DNA of 64,000 bases from NCBI GenBank assembly GCA_029098125.1, contig JAQXNS010000077.1, positions 8,445 to 72,444 of the forward strand, in the 5' to 3' direction. This DNA is from a bacterium. GTDB lineage: Bacteria > Bacillota_I > Bacilli_A > RFN20 > CAG-826. The position numbers and the translations under genes are program-made. The first letter of the stretch is position 1. Each line of letters opens with the position of its first letter. The notes under the pieces are model-generated. The model saw nothing but the letters and a program-made list of their open reading frames with translations, was not told where the DNA came from and did not search any database. Below, piece after piece: positions 48,208 to 57,670 of this stretch.

Positions 48208-49461
48208 ATGGAAAATTGGGTAGCAGTAATAGATTTAAAAGCATATTATGCAACTTTCGAATGTCTTGAAAGAGGCCTCGATCCTTTTACTACTCCGCTT
48301 GCCGTTACTGATACAACAAGAAAAGAGTCAACGATTGTTTTAAGCGTCTCGCCATATTTAAAATCTCTTGGCGTTCCATCGCGTTGTAGAAGACGCGATC
48401 TTCCAAATAATATTAAAGGTATGATTTATGCAGTCCCGCAAATGGAAAAATATGTAAAAAAGTCTGCAGAAGTCGTCTCAATTATGCTAGATTTTGTTGG
48501 AAGAGATGATATTCATGTTTATTCAATTGATGAATCCTTCTTAAATATTGGGCCATATTTAAAATTAAACAAATGTGGACCCGTTGAATTTTGCAAAAAA
48601 ATATTAGCTACCATAAAAGAAAAAACTGGTTTAATCGGGACTTGCGGAATTGGCCCAAATATGTTTTTAGCAAAAGTTGCTGATGATAAAGAAGCAAAAT
48701 ATAATAAAGACTACATTGCATTATGGACCTACAAAGATGTCGAAAATAAACTCTGGCCGATAAAACCACTTGATGAGATATGGGGCATTTCACATGGATT
48801 CAAAAAAAGATTAAACGCACTCGGTCTTTATTGCGTAGGCGACGTCGCAAAATATAATAAAGAATTACTAATTAAAGAGTTTGGAATTCTTGGTGAGGAT
48901 ATCTATGAGCATTGTAATGGTAGAGATGATGCATCAATTAGAGAAAAATATATTCCAGTTAATAAAAATTTATCTTTAGGACAGGTATTAATGCGAGATT
49001 ATTCCAAAGATGAAGCCGAACTTATTATAAAAGAAATGGTTGATGAACTCTGTTTTAGGCTTAGACAAACTAAATTAAAAGCAAGAGGTGTTTCACTTTT
49101 TATTAGATATTCGTTTTCTAGTAAAGATGAACCTTTCGCCCATCAATTAAGATTAACAAATCCAACTGATTTAAACAGTGAACTTCAAGAGGCGCTACTT
49201 TATATATATAAAAATTATGTCTCCCCTAATGGCTTGATCCGACAAATAGGAATCAGTTATGGATCACTTGTTGAAGCAAAAACAATGCAAGTTTCGCTAT
49301 TTAAAAATCTAGAAAGTTGCGATAAAGAAGAATCTATGTATAAAGCAATCGATGAAATTCAGAAAAAATATGGAAAAAATAGTATTTTAAAAGGCACATC
49401 TCTTTTAAAAGAGTCAACAATAAAAGAAAGACACAACCAAATTGGCGGTCATCGAAAATAA
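48208..49461 (+). CDS. Y-family DNA polymerase (DinB/UvrX/ImpB-like)
   Basis: VIDLKAYYATFECLERGLDP and SIDESFL motifs. The track start at 48142 adds a low-complexity 22-aa leader, so the start is ambiguous. Confidence 0.85.
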   Translation: MENWVAVIDLKAYYATFECLERGLDPFTTPLAVTDTTRKESTIVLSVSPYLKSLGVPSRCRRRDLPNNIKGMIYAVPQMEKYVKKSAEVVSIMLDFVGRDDIHVYSIDESFLNIGPYLKLNKCGPVEFCKKILATIKEKTGLIGTCGIGPNMFLAKVADDKEAKYNKDYIALWTYKDVENKLWPIKPLDEIWGISHGFKKRLNALGLYCVGDVAKYNKELLIKEFGILGEDIYEHCNGRDDASIREKYIPVNKNLSLGQVLMRDYSKDEAELIIKEMVDELCFRLRQTKLKARGVSLFIRYSFSSKDEPFAHQLRLTNPTDLNSELQEALLYIYKNYVSPNGLIRQIGISYGSLVEAKTMQVSLFKNLESCDKEESMYKAIDEIQKKYGKNSILKGTSLLKESTIKERHNQIGGHRK

Positions 49462-50505
49462 TTAAAAATGATATTTTATTCTTTCGCGAGGAAATGCTGA
49501 TTTATCTAGATATCCTTCTTCTTTTAAACGTCCAATTACAATAAAATTGCAAACATTGTTAAATTCTGAAAAAGAAGAAATACTTTTTAATGAAAAATCT
49601 TTTTCATTAATAAAATCACGATAATTAAACTGATTCAATAATATATTTTTTGCATAAGATGTAGCTCTAACAACATCGTGAGATGAATTTAGATAATCAA
49701 AATAATATTTTTCTACTTTATTAAATGCGATTAAACTCAATAAATGAAACAATTTGAACCAAAAAATGTCTGCATAATTATCTTTTGCCGACACGAATAC
49801 CGAATAAGATTGATTGTCATTTTTTACTATCATTCCTATTTGGTTTTCTCTTCCAAAATCTTTTATGACATTTACTTGTATTCCAATATCATTTAACAAG
49901 TAATTAATGTCATTTAATATCTGATTTTCATCATGAAACATATAACTTTTAATTTCGAAGAGTTTTAATATTAATCTTTTCTCTTCACATTCACATTTTG
50001 GAATTTTTTTGTTAATAACATCTATTAATTTACTAAAAGCATACAAATAAGGTGCGTCTAACATCTTATTTTTATAAAGCAGTTGATTAGTTAATATGTG
50101 TTTCAACCCGTCTAATTCACATAAACTTGAGACGCGTAAATATTTTCTTGTATATAAAATCTTGTTTTCTAAAGTTTTTCCTCTAGAAATCTGATGCAAG
50201 TTCTCTAATTCGGATATAACTTCTTTAATTGTGTCAAAAATTGCATATTCTTCTTCGGAAATTGAATTTTTTTCAGCATCTTCTATTTTAAATAAGGCAT
50301 AATCGCTTTCTAAAGAAAGCCAATAGCTAGCGCTAATTCCTAAAACATACTCTAATTTTTTTGCAAAGCTAGGACTAATGCTTTTTGAACCACTTAAAAC
50401 AGTCGAGATATGCTTTTCACTAACACCAGTTCTTAATGCAAGTTCTCTTTGAATGAGACCTTGATTTTTCATTTCTTCCTTTAAAACTTCATGTGGTTTT
50501 TTCAT
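49462..50505 (-). CDS. XRE/HigA-type HTH protein fused to a degenerate ImmA/IrrE-like domain
   Basis: N-terminal LIQRELALRTGVSEKHISTVLSGSKSISPSFAKKLEYVLG (HTH_3). The C-terminal layout resembles COG2856, but the HExxH position reads FHLLS. Start moved to the MKKPHEV ATG at 50505. Confidence 0.6.
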   Translation of the reverse strand: MKKPHEVLKEEMKNQGLIQRELALRTGVSEKHISTVLSGSKSISPSFAKKLEYVLGISASYWLSLESDYALFKIEDAEKNSISEEEYAIFDTIKEVISELENLHQISRGKTLENKILYTRKYLRVSSLCELDGLKHILTNQLLYKNKMLDAPYLYAFSKLIDVINKKIPKCECEEKRLILKLFEIKSYMFHDENQILNDINYLLNDIGIQVNVIKDFGRENQIGMIVKNDNQSYSVFVSAKDNYADIFWFKLFHLLSLIAFNKVEKYYFDYLNSSHDVVRATSYAKNILLNQFNYRDFINEKDFSLKSISSFSEFNNVCNFIVIGRLKEEGYLDKSAFPRERIKYHF

Positions 50506-50607
50506 AATATAATTCTCACAAAATATTACCAAAAAGGTAAGAGAAATTTATATATTTACAATTATTATAATTGATTTTTCGTTTTACAAAGTCATCATTA
50601 TTGAAAT

Positions 50608-50644
50608 ATTATTTTCAAAAAAACCTGCAGAACTCAATTATTTC
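50608..50644 (+). repeat. Dispersed 30-35 nt repeat, copy 4
   Basis: ATTATTTTCAAAAAAACCTGCAGAACTCAATTATTTC. Abuts the ATPase terminator. Confidence 0.75.
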
Positions 50645-50673
50645 TAAAAAAAATGAGCTATTGCTCATTTTTT
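50645..50673 (-). terminator. Rho-independent terminator after the P-type ATPase
   Basis: ATGAGC-AATA-GCTCAT followed by T8 on the minus strand. Confidence 0.65.
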
Positions 50674-53499
50674 CTATTTTGTTTCAATTTTCTTTTTTAT
50701 GAATCTTACAAAGACAAATATTTCATGCATAATTAATGGAATAATTGATAGCCCGATTGTTATTAACCATTCATTTAAGTCTAAGTTATTTTCGCCACTT
50801 GCAACTTTGAATACATCTTGAACGCCAGGAACTTCAATAACAAATAATTGTAAGATCAATCCAAATGCAAAAGCAATTAACATCATCCAGTTTTTGTTTT
50901 TGAATACACAAACAAATGATTTATTAAGATTACTCATGCCAACCATGTGGAACAATTCGCTTAATGCTAAAGTTGTAAAAGCCATTGTTTGAGCTTGATG
51001 TAAAATTCCGCTATTTGTTTCATATAAAGCTTTCATTTCGTTAAATGTAAAAATACCATGAAGCCATGAAACGCTAAAATAAGAAATTAAAACGCCTATT
51101 GTAAGGAAAGAGCCATAAAGAAGTGTGTTGAATAATCCACCATTAGCAAACAAACCGTCTTTTGGATTTCTTGGTTTTTCATTCATTAAACCTTTATCTT
51201 TTGGATCCATACCTAAAGCAATAGCTGGTAATGAATCAGTAACTAAGTTTACCCAGAGTAAATGGATTGCGATTAATGGAGTTGGGAAACCTAAACAAAT
51301 AATAATAAACATAACGAGAACTTCAGCTATGTTGCTAGAAAGTAAGAAAACAACAGTTTTCTTGATATTTGCATAAATTCCACGACCTTCTTCAACAGCT
51401 TTTTCAATTGAAGCAAAGTTATCGTCAGTCAAAACCATATCAGCAGCACCTTTTGCAACATCAGTTCCTGTGATGCCCATAGCAATACCAATATCAGCTG
51501 CTTTTAAAGATGGGGCATCGTTGACGCCATCACCAGTCATAGCACAAATATTGCCATTAGATTCAAATGCCTTAACAATTTGAACTTTATTTTCAGGGGA
51601 AACACGTGCAAAAACTCTAACATTTTTGCATGCTTCTTTAAGTTCTTCATCACTCATAGCATCAACTTCATTTCCCATTAAACATTGATCGATACTTGTA
51701 GCAATGTTTAATTCTTTAGCAATGGCAAAAGCTGTATCTTTATGATCACCTGTAATCATAACGGTTGTAATGCCAGCATTTTTAAATTGAAGAACAGCTG
51801 GTTTTGCTTCTGGTCTAGCTGGGTCAATCATTGCAACAAGACCAACAAAAACAAGATCATTTTCTTCTATATTATCCTTATTATTATATGTAAGAGCTAA
51901 AACACGTAATGCTTTATCGCTGAAAAATTTATTTGCAGCATAAATTTTTTCTATATCTGAATCAGAGATATCTCTTACACAACCTTTTTCTAAAATTTTA
52001 GTTGTATGTTTTAAACATGAATCAAGAGCACCTTTTGTAAAAGTGATAGTTTTATTTTCAAAAGAATGTTTTGTAGACATCATTTTTCTAACACTATCAA
52101 AAGGTAATTCATCAATTCTTGGCATTGATGATTCTAAATCGCGTTTATGCATATCAAATTGATTAGCAAATGCAACTAATGCAATTTCAGTTGGATCGCC
52201 AAAAAGACCTTCATCAACAGTAGCATTTGAACACAAAGACATACCTTTTGCTAATAAAAGTAATTCTTCGTTTAATTGATCTTTATAAAAATCATCACTA
52301 CTAAAGAAAGAGCCATCAACGTATGCCTCTAAAACAGTCATTTTATTTTGTGTTAAAGTGCCCGTTTTATCGCTACAAACAACACTAACTGCGCCTAAAG
52401 TTTCAACGCTAGGTAATTTTCTTACAACAGTATTGGCTTTAACCATTCTTTGGACGCCAATTGATAAAACAATAGTAACAACAGCAGCTAAACCTTCTGG
52501 AATAGCGGCAACAGCAAGAGCAATTGCAGTTAAAATTGACTCAATCCAAGCACTAATCTCAGTTTGTTGTCCATGAACAAATATATAGATAATATCTACA
52601 ATTAAAACAGCAATAATAATAATTAAAGTTAAAACACCTAATTGCTTAGATAATTTAGCAAGATTTTTTTGAAGAGGAGTTTCTGAATCTTCTTCACTAT
52701 CAAGAGCAGTTGCAATTTTTCCAATTTCAGTTGACATGCCTGTTGCAACAACAACACCCATTCCTCTTCCATAAGTAACAGGAGTTGACATGTATGCTAA
52801 ATTAACTCTATCGCCAACAGCAACAGAGCTTGAAAAAGTAATTTTTGCGTCTTTTTCAACAGGGACACTTTCACCAGTTAAACTAGATTCATTTGCTTTT
52901 AAGTTTACAGCTTCAAACAATCTTAAATCGGCGCCTATTGTATCGCCTTCTTCAAGTACAACAATATCACCAACAACCAATTCGCTAGATTTTATTTTGA
53001 ATCTTTTTCCATCACGAATAACTGTTGATTCTGGGCTTGCTAAATTCTTCAAAGCTTCTAAAGAAGTTTGTGCTTTAATTTCTTGAACTGTTCCAATAAC
53101 ACCATTCATTATAATAACAGCTAAAATAATAACAATGTCTGGCCAATCACCAACATCTAAGAACCAATTGATGCCTTCTCCACTCATCGCACCAGAAGCA
53201 ATCATGTCGCTTGTATGAATTACTTCATAGATTGAGACGCAAATAGTGACAGCGATAGCAGCAAAAAGAACATAAATCATCGGATTTTTCATCTGCTCAA
53301 TAAAAATTTGGAACCATGTTTTCTTTTTCTTTTCTTCAAGTTTATTTGGTCCGTATTTTTCTAATCTAATTTTTGCTTCTTCACTAGATAGGCCGTTTTT
53401 TAAGTCAGTCGAAAAATGTGCAGAAATTTCTTCTACATTTTTAGTTTCGAATGATAATGTGTCCGTTTGGCCTGCCATAGTAATTTCTTCTTTTTCCAT
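50674..53499 (-). CDS. P-type cation-transporting ATPase (P2, Ca2+/Mn2+ type)
   Basis: CSDKTGTLTQN phosphorylation motif, TGES, MITGDH, GDGVNDAPSLK, and about 10 TM segments. Confidence 0.9.
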   Translation of the reverse strand: MEKEEITMAGQTDTLSFETKNVEEISAHFSTDLKNGLSSEEAKIRLEKYGPNKLEEKKKKTWFQIFIEQMKNPMIYVLFAAIAVTICVSIYEVIHTSDMIASGAMSGEGINWFLDVGDWPDIVIILAVIIMNGVIGTVQEIKAQTSLEALKNLASPESTVIRDGKRFKIKSSELVVGDIVVLEEGDTIGADLRLFEAVNLKANESSLTGESVPVEKDAKITFSSSVAVGDRVNLAYMSTPVTYGRGMGVVVATGMSTEIGKIATALDSEEDSETPLQKNLAKLSKQLGVLTLIIIIAVLIVDIIYIFVHGQQTEISAWIESILTAIALAVAAIPEGLAAVVTIVLSIGVQRMVKANTVVRKLPSVETLGAVSVVCSDKTGTLTQNKMTVLEAYVDGSFFSSDDFYKDQLNEELLLLAKGMSLCSNATVDEGLFGDPTEIALVAFANQFDMHKRDLESSMPRIDELPFDSVRKMMSTKHSFENKTITFTKGALDSCLKHTTKILEKGCVRDISDSDIEKIYAANKFFSDKALRVLALTYNNKDNIEENDLVFVGLVAMIDPARPEAKPAVLQFKNAGITTVMITGDHKDTAFAIAKELNIATSIDQCLMGNEVDAMSDEELKEACKNVRVFARVSPENKVQIVKAFESNGNICAMTGDGVNDAPSLKAADIGIAMGITGTDVAKGAADMVLTDDNFASIEKAVEEGRGIYANIKKTVVFLLSSNIAEVLVMFIIICLGFPTPLIAIHLLWVNLVTDSLPAIALGMDPKDKGLMNEKPRNPKDGLFANGGLFNTLLYGSFLTIGVLISYFSVSWLHGIFTFNEMKALYETNSGILHQAQTMAFTTLALSELFHMVGMSNLNKSFVCVFKNKNWMMLIAFAFGLILQLFVIEVPGVQDVFKVASGENNLDLNEWLITIGLSIIPLIMHEIFVFVRFIKKKIETK

Positions 53500-53519
53500 A
53501 AAATTTACTCCTTAAAAGA

Positions 53520-53606
53520 AAATTACTGGTCTCGCTAATTAACTCGCTTACTTCCGGATAAAATATCGTGATGTCGGATAGTAAACTTAGGCTACTCCCC
53601 AAGTTC
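53520..53606 (-). promoter_or_regulatory. yybP-ykoY (manganese) riboswitch
   Basis: Minus-strand RNA: GAACUUGGGGAGUAGCC...CCGACAU...AGCGAGACCAGU. It has the conserved 5' GGGGAGUAGC and 3' AGCGAGACC blocks. ACUUGG/CCAGU closes P1. It sits directly after a good promoter and before the ATPase SD. Confidence 0.7.
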
Positions 53607-53610
53607 ATAT

Positions 53611-53639
53611 ATTGTATAAAAAATACCTATAAGTATCAA
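53611..53639 (-). promoter_or_regulatory. Sigma-70-type promoter of the riboswitch-ATPase unit
   Basis: TTGATA (53639-53634), a 17-nt spacer, then TACAAT (53616-53611) on the minus strand. Confidence 0.55.
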
Positions 53640-53734
53640 TAAATATTTACAGAAATTTTTTTACTTTTTTGAGTCAATTTTTTGTAAGAATTAATATCAT
53701 GTAAAAATTAAAAATATAGCTCTTTAAACCTAAC

Positions 53735-53769
53735 TTTTTCTTAAAAACCTTGCAAAACTTAACTATTTA
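53735..53769 (+). repeat. Dispersed 30-35 nt repeat, copy 3
   Basis: TTTTTCTTAAAAACCTTGCAAAACTTAACTATTTA. Lies in the divergent ATPase/nuclease intergenic region. Confidence 0.7.
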
Positions 53770-53835
53770 TAAAAATAAATTAAAAAATATACATAATTAT
53801 TGTTTTTCAAATAACGATAATTTAAAATAATTCAT

Positions 53836-55392
53836 ATGATGAAAAATGTTTTATTTTTGTTCCCATTTATATTGAATTCAATTACTTTCACTCCTACTTT
53901 TTTAACAAGAGATTCAGGTGAAATTTTAAACTTAAAAAATACTATTTTTGAAAGACATGATACTGATTCAATTCTTAACTATTACAGTACTATTCAAGAA
54001 GGTATAAAAGGTGATGAGGCATTATCTTCTTTACAAACAATTCTTAAAAATGGGCAAGAGAAAGTAAAATATGAAAGTGGAAATAAAACCTCTAAAGCAT
54101 GGGATGGCTATTATCTATTTGAAAGAAATTTCACATTATCCCCGGTTGAAGAAAGTGAATTAACTGGTGAATATAAAAGATCAAATATTTGGATTAATTC
54201 AATGTATCTTTCAACTCCTATATATATAGAAGATAAGATAAATAGCGGAACATATTCATATGTAGATTCTTCAAATGAAACGCAAACAAAATCTTTTGTA
54301 AATTCAAAAGCTCAATTTGATAGAGAACATGTTTTTGTTAAAAAATATGGCTTTAATGGAGAAAATGAGGCATACAAAGATTATACAGCTGGTTGTGATA
54401 TTCATAATCTTCATATCGCTGACCATTATGCAAATTCAATTGGCCATAATGATTTACCATACGGTACAGTCCTTGAAAAAAATGAAAGTAGCGCAATTAT
54501 TAGTGAAATTAATGGTGAAATAACAGGATATAAAGGCGAAAACAAAGATGGAATCACTGTTTTTGAACCTATGGATCGCGATAAAGGTGATGTTGCACGT
54601 TCTATTTTTTATATGTGTGCTCGTTACCACACTTATGAAAAACTTAGCGATAAAGATGAAACACCTTCTTTAACAATTAGTGACAATATAGTTATTGAAA
54701 GCACAACTTCTCCAATAGACACAAAAGATAATCCAGCCGCATATGGATTACTAAGTGATCTTTTAGCTTGGAACGAATTAGATCCAGTAAGTGAAAGCGA
54801 AAAATACAGAAATGATTTAATTTATAACTCCGACCAAGGTAATAGAAATCCGTTTATTGATTTTCCACATTGGGCTAATGCTTGTTTTGATAAATCAAAT
54901 ACGACAGGTTTAACTTTTGAAGTCAAGCAAACTCCTCATATAACATTAGAAAAAGATGAAAATTTTAAAGATACCTACTATTTCTTTGAAAATTTTGATC
55001 CAACAGGTTTAAAAGTTAAATATTTTGATGCTGAAGGAAATACCAGCTATATAAGTGACTTTAAACTTGAAACATCATCAAATCCTTTAACAACAAACTA
55101 TACTTTCTTTGGTTTTGGAACCTTAGAATTTAAAGCAAAAGCAACAATTAACGGCGTTGAATATGTATCAAAAAACACATTATCTGTTACATACACTGCT
55201 TCTAGGGTCCAAATGGGAATACTTGTAATTATTTTAATTGTTCTATTAATAATATTCTTAATAATTTACTTCTCTGCTTCGCATCATCATAAAATTGCTA
55301 AAAAGTATAAAAAAGTTGAAAATCGCATTGTTAAATTAAGACCTATTGAAGAAGATAAGCCAAAAAAGAAGAAAAATAGAAAAAATAAATAA
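53836..55392 (+). CDS. Endonuclease I family extracellular nuclease with C-terminal membrane anchor
   Basis: FDREHVF, DIHNLHIADHYANS and FEPMDRDKGDVARSIFYMCARY match the Endonuclease_1 pattern. N-terminal signal-like segment. C-terminal TM segment (GILVIILIVLLIIFLIIYF) plus a basic tail. Confidence 0.75.
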   Translation: MMKNVLFLFPFILNSITFTPTFLTRDSGEILNLKNTIFERHDTDSILNYYSTIQEGIKGDEALSSLQTILKNGQEKVKYESGNKTSKAWDGYYLFERNFTLSPVEESELTGEYKRSNIWINSMYLSTPIYIEDKINSGTYSYVDSSNETQTKSFVNSKAQFDREHVFVKKYGFNGENEAYKDYTAGCDIHNLHIADHYANSIGHNDLPYGTVLEKNESSAIISEINGEITGYKGENKDGITVFEPMDRDKGDVARSIFYMCARYHTYEKLSDKDETPSLTISDNIVIESTTSPIDTKDNPAAYGLLSDLLAWNELDPVSESEKYRNDLIYNSDQGNRNPFIDFPHWANACFDKSNTTGLTFEVKQTPHITLEKDENFKDTYYFFENFDPTGLKVKYFDAEGNTSYISDFKLETSSNPLTTNYTFFGFGTLEFKAKATINGVEYVSKNTLSVTYTASRVQMGILVIILIVLLIIFLIIYFSASHHHKIAKKYKKVENRIVKLRPIEEDKPKKKKNRKNK

Positions 55393-56895
55393 TTATTTAG
55401 TTAATTCATTAACTGCAATCATTAAATAACGAGTAATATCTGTAGCTATTAAGGTATTCTCGTTATTTTCTTTTATTGCTAAATCACTTGCTTCGCCAAG
55501 TAAATAACAAGAACAAGCAACATTAAATAGGATATTTTCTTTTTTTGAGATTAAACCAGCAATTATTCCACTAAGAATGTCTCCACTTCCACCTTTTGCT
55601 AAACTTGGGTTGCCATTTATGTTTAAATAAGTGGTTGTTCCATCACTGATAATTGAAGTCGAATCTTTTAAAACAAGAATTACTTTATTATCTTTGGCAA
55701 ATTTTTTTGCTAGATAAATTGCATTTTCTTTAATATAAATCAAATCATCGTTTTTAATTAATCTAGAAAATTCTTTTATATGAGGTGTTAAAACGATATT
55801 TTTGCATTTTGATTCTTTTAGATCTTCAACTTTTCCAAATCTAGCCAAGGAATTTAATCCATCAGCATCTATTAGTAAGTTCCCATGATAGTTTGAACAT
55901 AAAAATTTAATTATTTTATATACTTCAATACTCGTTCCAATTCCCATTCCAATTGCAATGGAATCGTATGCTAAAAGTTTGTTAATTTCCTCTTCAACAA
56001 AAACAATTTTCCCATTTTCATCAGATAAAGTTTCATAGATAATTTCAGGATAATGTAGGGCATAAATCTCATACAAAGAGCGAGGAATAAAGAGCCTTGA
56101 ATAACCTGCTCCAACTCGTAAACTAGCTAAAGAATTATTCGATAAAAGTATTGCTCCAGGCGTTAATTTACTGCCTCCAACAAGAGCAACTTTTCCATAC
56201 GTTCCCTTGTTAGAATTCTTGTCTCTTTTCTCGAAAACCCTGCAAAAGTCCACTCTTTTTAAAATATTTAGATAATTTTCCTTGTTGATTAGTTCAACAT
56301 TTGCACTAACAAGTGAGAGTTTTTCATATGAATTTTTTCCATCAAAAAAGAAGTGTCCAATCTTAAAAGCTTCGATTGCAACTGTTAAAAACGAGTGAAC
56401 AAAAGCGCCTAAATTTTTACCACTTGAAGCATCAATTCCACTAGCAATATCAATAGAGAAAACACGAGCTTTTTTATCATTGATTGCATTAATTATTGCT
56501 TTAGTTTTTTCATTTATTTGAACACTTAAATTTGCTCCAAGTAAACCATCAACAATAACATCATAATCATTTTTTAAAAACTCATCATAGCTAATTAGTT
56601 TGCCATCGTATCTATCTTTATTGATTAAAGTTTCTTCTTTTAGATGAGATGAAGAAATGAATGTTTCAACATTATATCCATTATTATATAAGTGACGAGC
56701 AACAACAAGAGCGTCGCCGCCATTTCCTCCACCGCCTGCAACAACAAGAATTTTTTCATTTTTATTGATATATTTTATAATTTCATCATAAAAATTAGTT
56801 CCTGCAGTTTCCATTAATTCAATTGAAGGTCTTAAATTTTTAATTGTGAAAGAATCACATTCTTTCATCTCTTCACTAGTCAATGCATAATACAT
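55393..56895 (-). CDS. nnr: Bifunctional NAD(P)H-hydrate repair enzyme (epimerase + dehydratase)
   Basis: YjeF_N (GGGGNGGDALV) fused to YjeF_C (NKGTYGKVALVGGS, GSGDILSG). Confidence 0.9.
   Translation of the reverse strand: MYYALTSEEMKECDSFTIKNLRPSIELMETAGTNFYDEIIKYINKNEKILVVAGGGGNGGDALVVARHLYNNGYNVETFISSSHLKEETLINKDRYDGKLISYDEFLKNDYDVIVDGLLGANLSVQINEKTKAIINAINDKKARVFSIDIASGIDASSGKNLGAFVHSFLTVAIEAFKIGHFFFDGKNSYEKLSLVSANVELINKENYLNILKRVDFCRVFEKRDKNSNKGTYGKVALVGGSKLTPGAILLSNNSLASLRVGAGYSRLFIPRSLYEIYALHYPEIIYETLSDENGKIVFVEEEINKLLAYDSIAIGMGIGTSIEVYKIIKFLCSNYHGNLLIDADGLNSLARFGKVEDLKESKCKNIVLTPHIKEFSRLIKNDDLIYIKENAIYLAKKFAKDNKVILVLKDSTSIISDGTTTYLNINGNPSLAKGGSGDILSGIIAGLISKKENILFNVACSCYLLGEASDLAIKENNENTLIATDITRYLMIAVNELTK
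56227..56260 (+). repeat. Dispersed 30-35 nt repeat, copy 6 (inside nnr CDS)
   Basis: TTTTCTCGAAAACCCTGCAAAAGTCCACTCTTTTT, 25/30 identical to copy 5. Read on the minus strand it encodes KRVDFCRVFEKR at the junction of the two Nnr domains. Confidence 0.65.
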
Positions 56896-56896
56896 A

Positions 56897-57661
56897 TTAT
56901 AAATCGATGTCTAAAGAAACTGGACAATGGTCACTTCCAAAGATTTCATTATGAATTTCACTTGATTTTACTTTATCGATAATTGATTTAGAAACAACAA
57001 AATAATCGATTCTCCAACCTATGCCTTTTTCTCTTGCTTTAAAACGGTAACTCCACCAACTATATTTAACTTCTTCAGGATGTAGATATCTAAAAGTATC
57101 AACATATCCATTATTTAATAAATTAGTAAACGCATTTCTTTCTTCAATTGTAAAACCAGCTGAATGAGTGTTTGTTTTTGGATTTTTTAAATCAATTTCA
57201 TTATGAGCAACATTTAAATCACCAGCATAAATTATTGGTTTTTTCTCATTTAATTCATTAAGATATGAGACTAAATCCTTTTCAAATTGCATTCTAAAGT
57301 CTAAGCGTTTTAATTCTTCGCCACTATTTGGAACGTAGCAAGCAACATAATAGAAATTTTCAAATTCTAAAGTAATTACTCTTCCTTCATCATCATATTT
57401 GTTATCGTGAAGACCATAATGGACACTTATTGGTTCTTTTTTTGTAAAAACTGCAACGCCACTATAACCTTTTTTTATAGTAGAAATTGTGTGATATAAA
57501 TGATAACCACTTGGCAAAAATGGGAAAGAAAGAGTTCCTTCTTCGCTAAATTTTGTTTCGTTTAATGAAAAAATATCAGCATTAAAACTTAAAAAATCTC
57601 TAGCAAAATCTTTTTTTAAAATTGCACGAATGCCATTAACATTAAAAGAGACAATTTTCAT
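56897..57661 (-). CDS. xth: Exodeoxyribonuclease III
   Basis: MKIVSFNVNGIRA, LNETK, GDLNVAH and SDHCPV motifs. Confidence 0.93.
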   Translation of the reverse strand: MKIVSFNVNGIRAILKKDFARDFLSFNADIFSLNETKFSEEGTLSFPFLPSGYHLYHTISTIKKGYSGVAVFTKKEPISVHYGLHDNKYDDEGRVITLEFENFYYVACYVPNSGEELKRLDFRMQFEKDLVSYLNELNEKKPIIYAGDLNVAHNEIDLKNPKTNTHSAGFTIEERNAFTNLLNNGYVDTFRYLHPEEVKYSWWSYRFKAREKGIGWRIDYFVVSKSIIDKVKSSEIHNEIFGSDHCPVSLDIDL

Positions 57662-57670
57662 ATTCTTACC

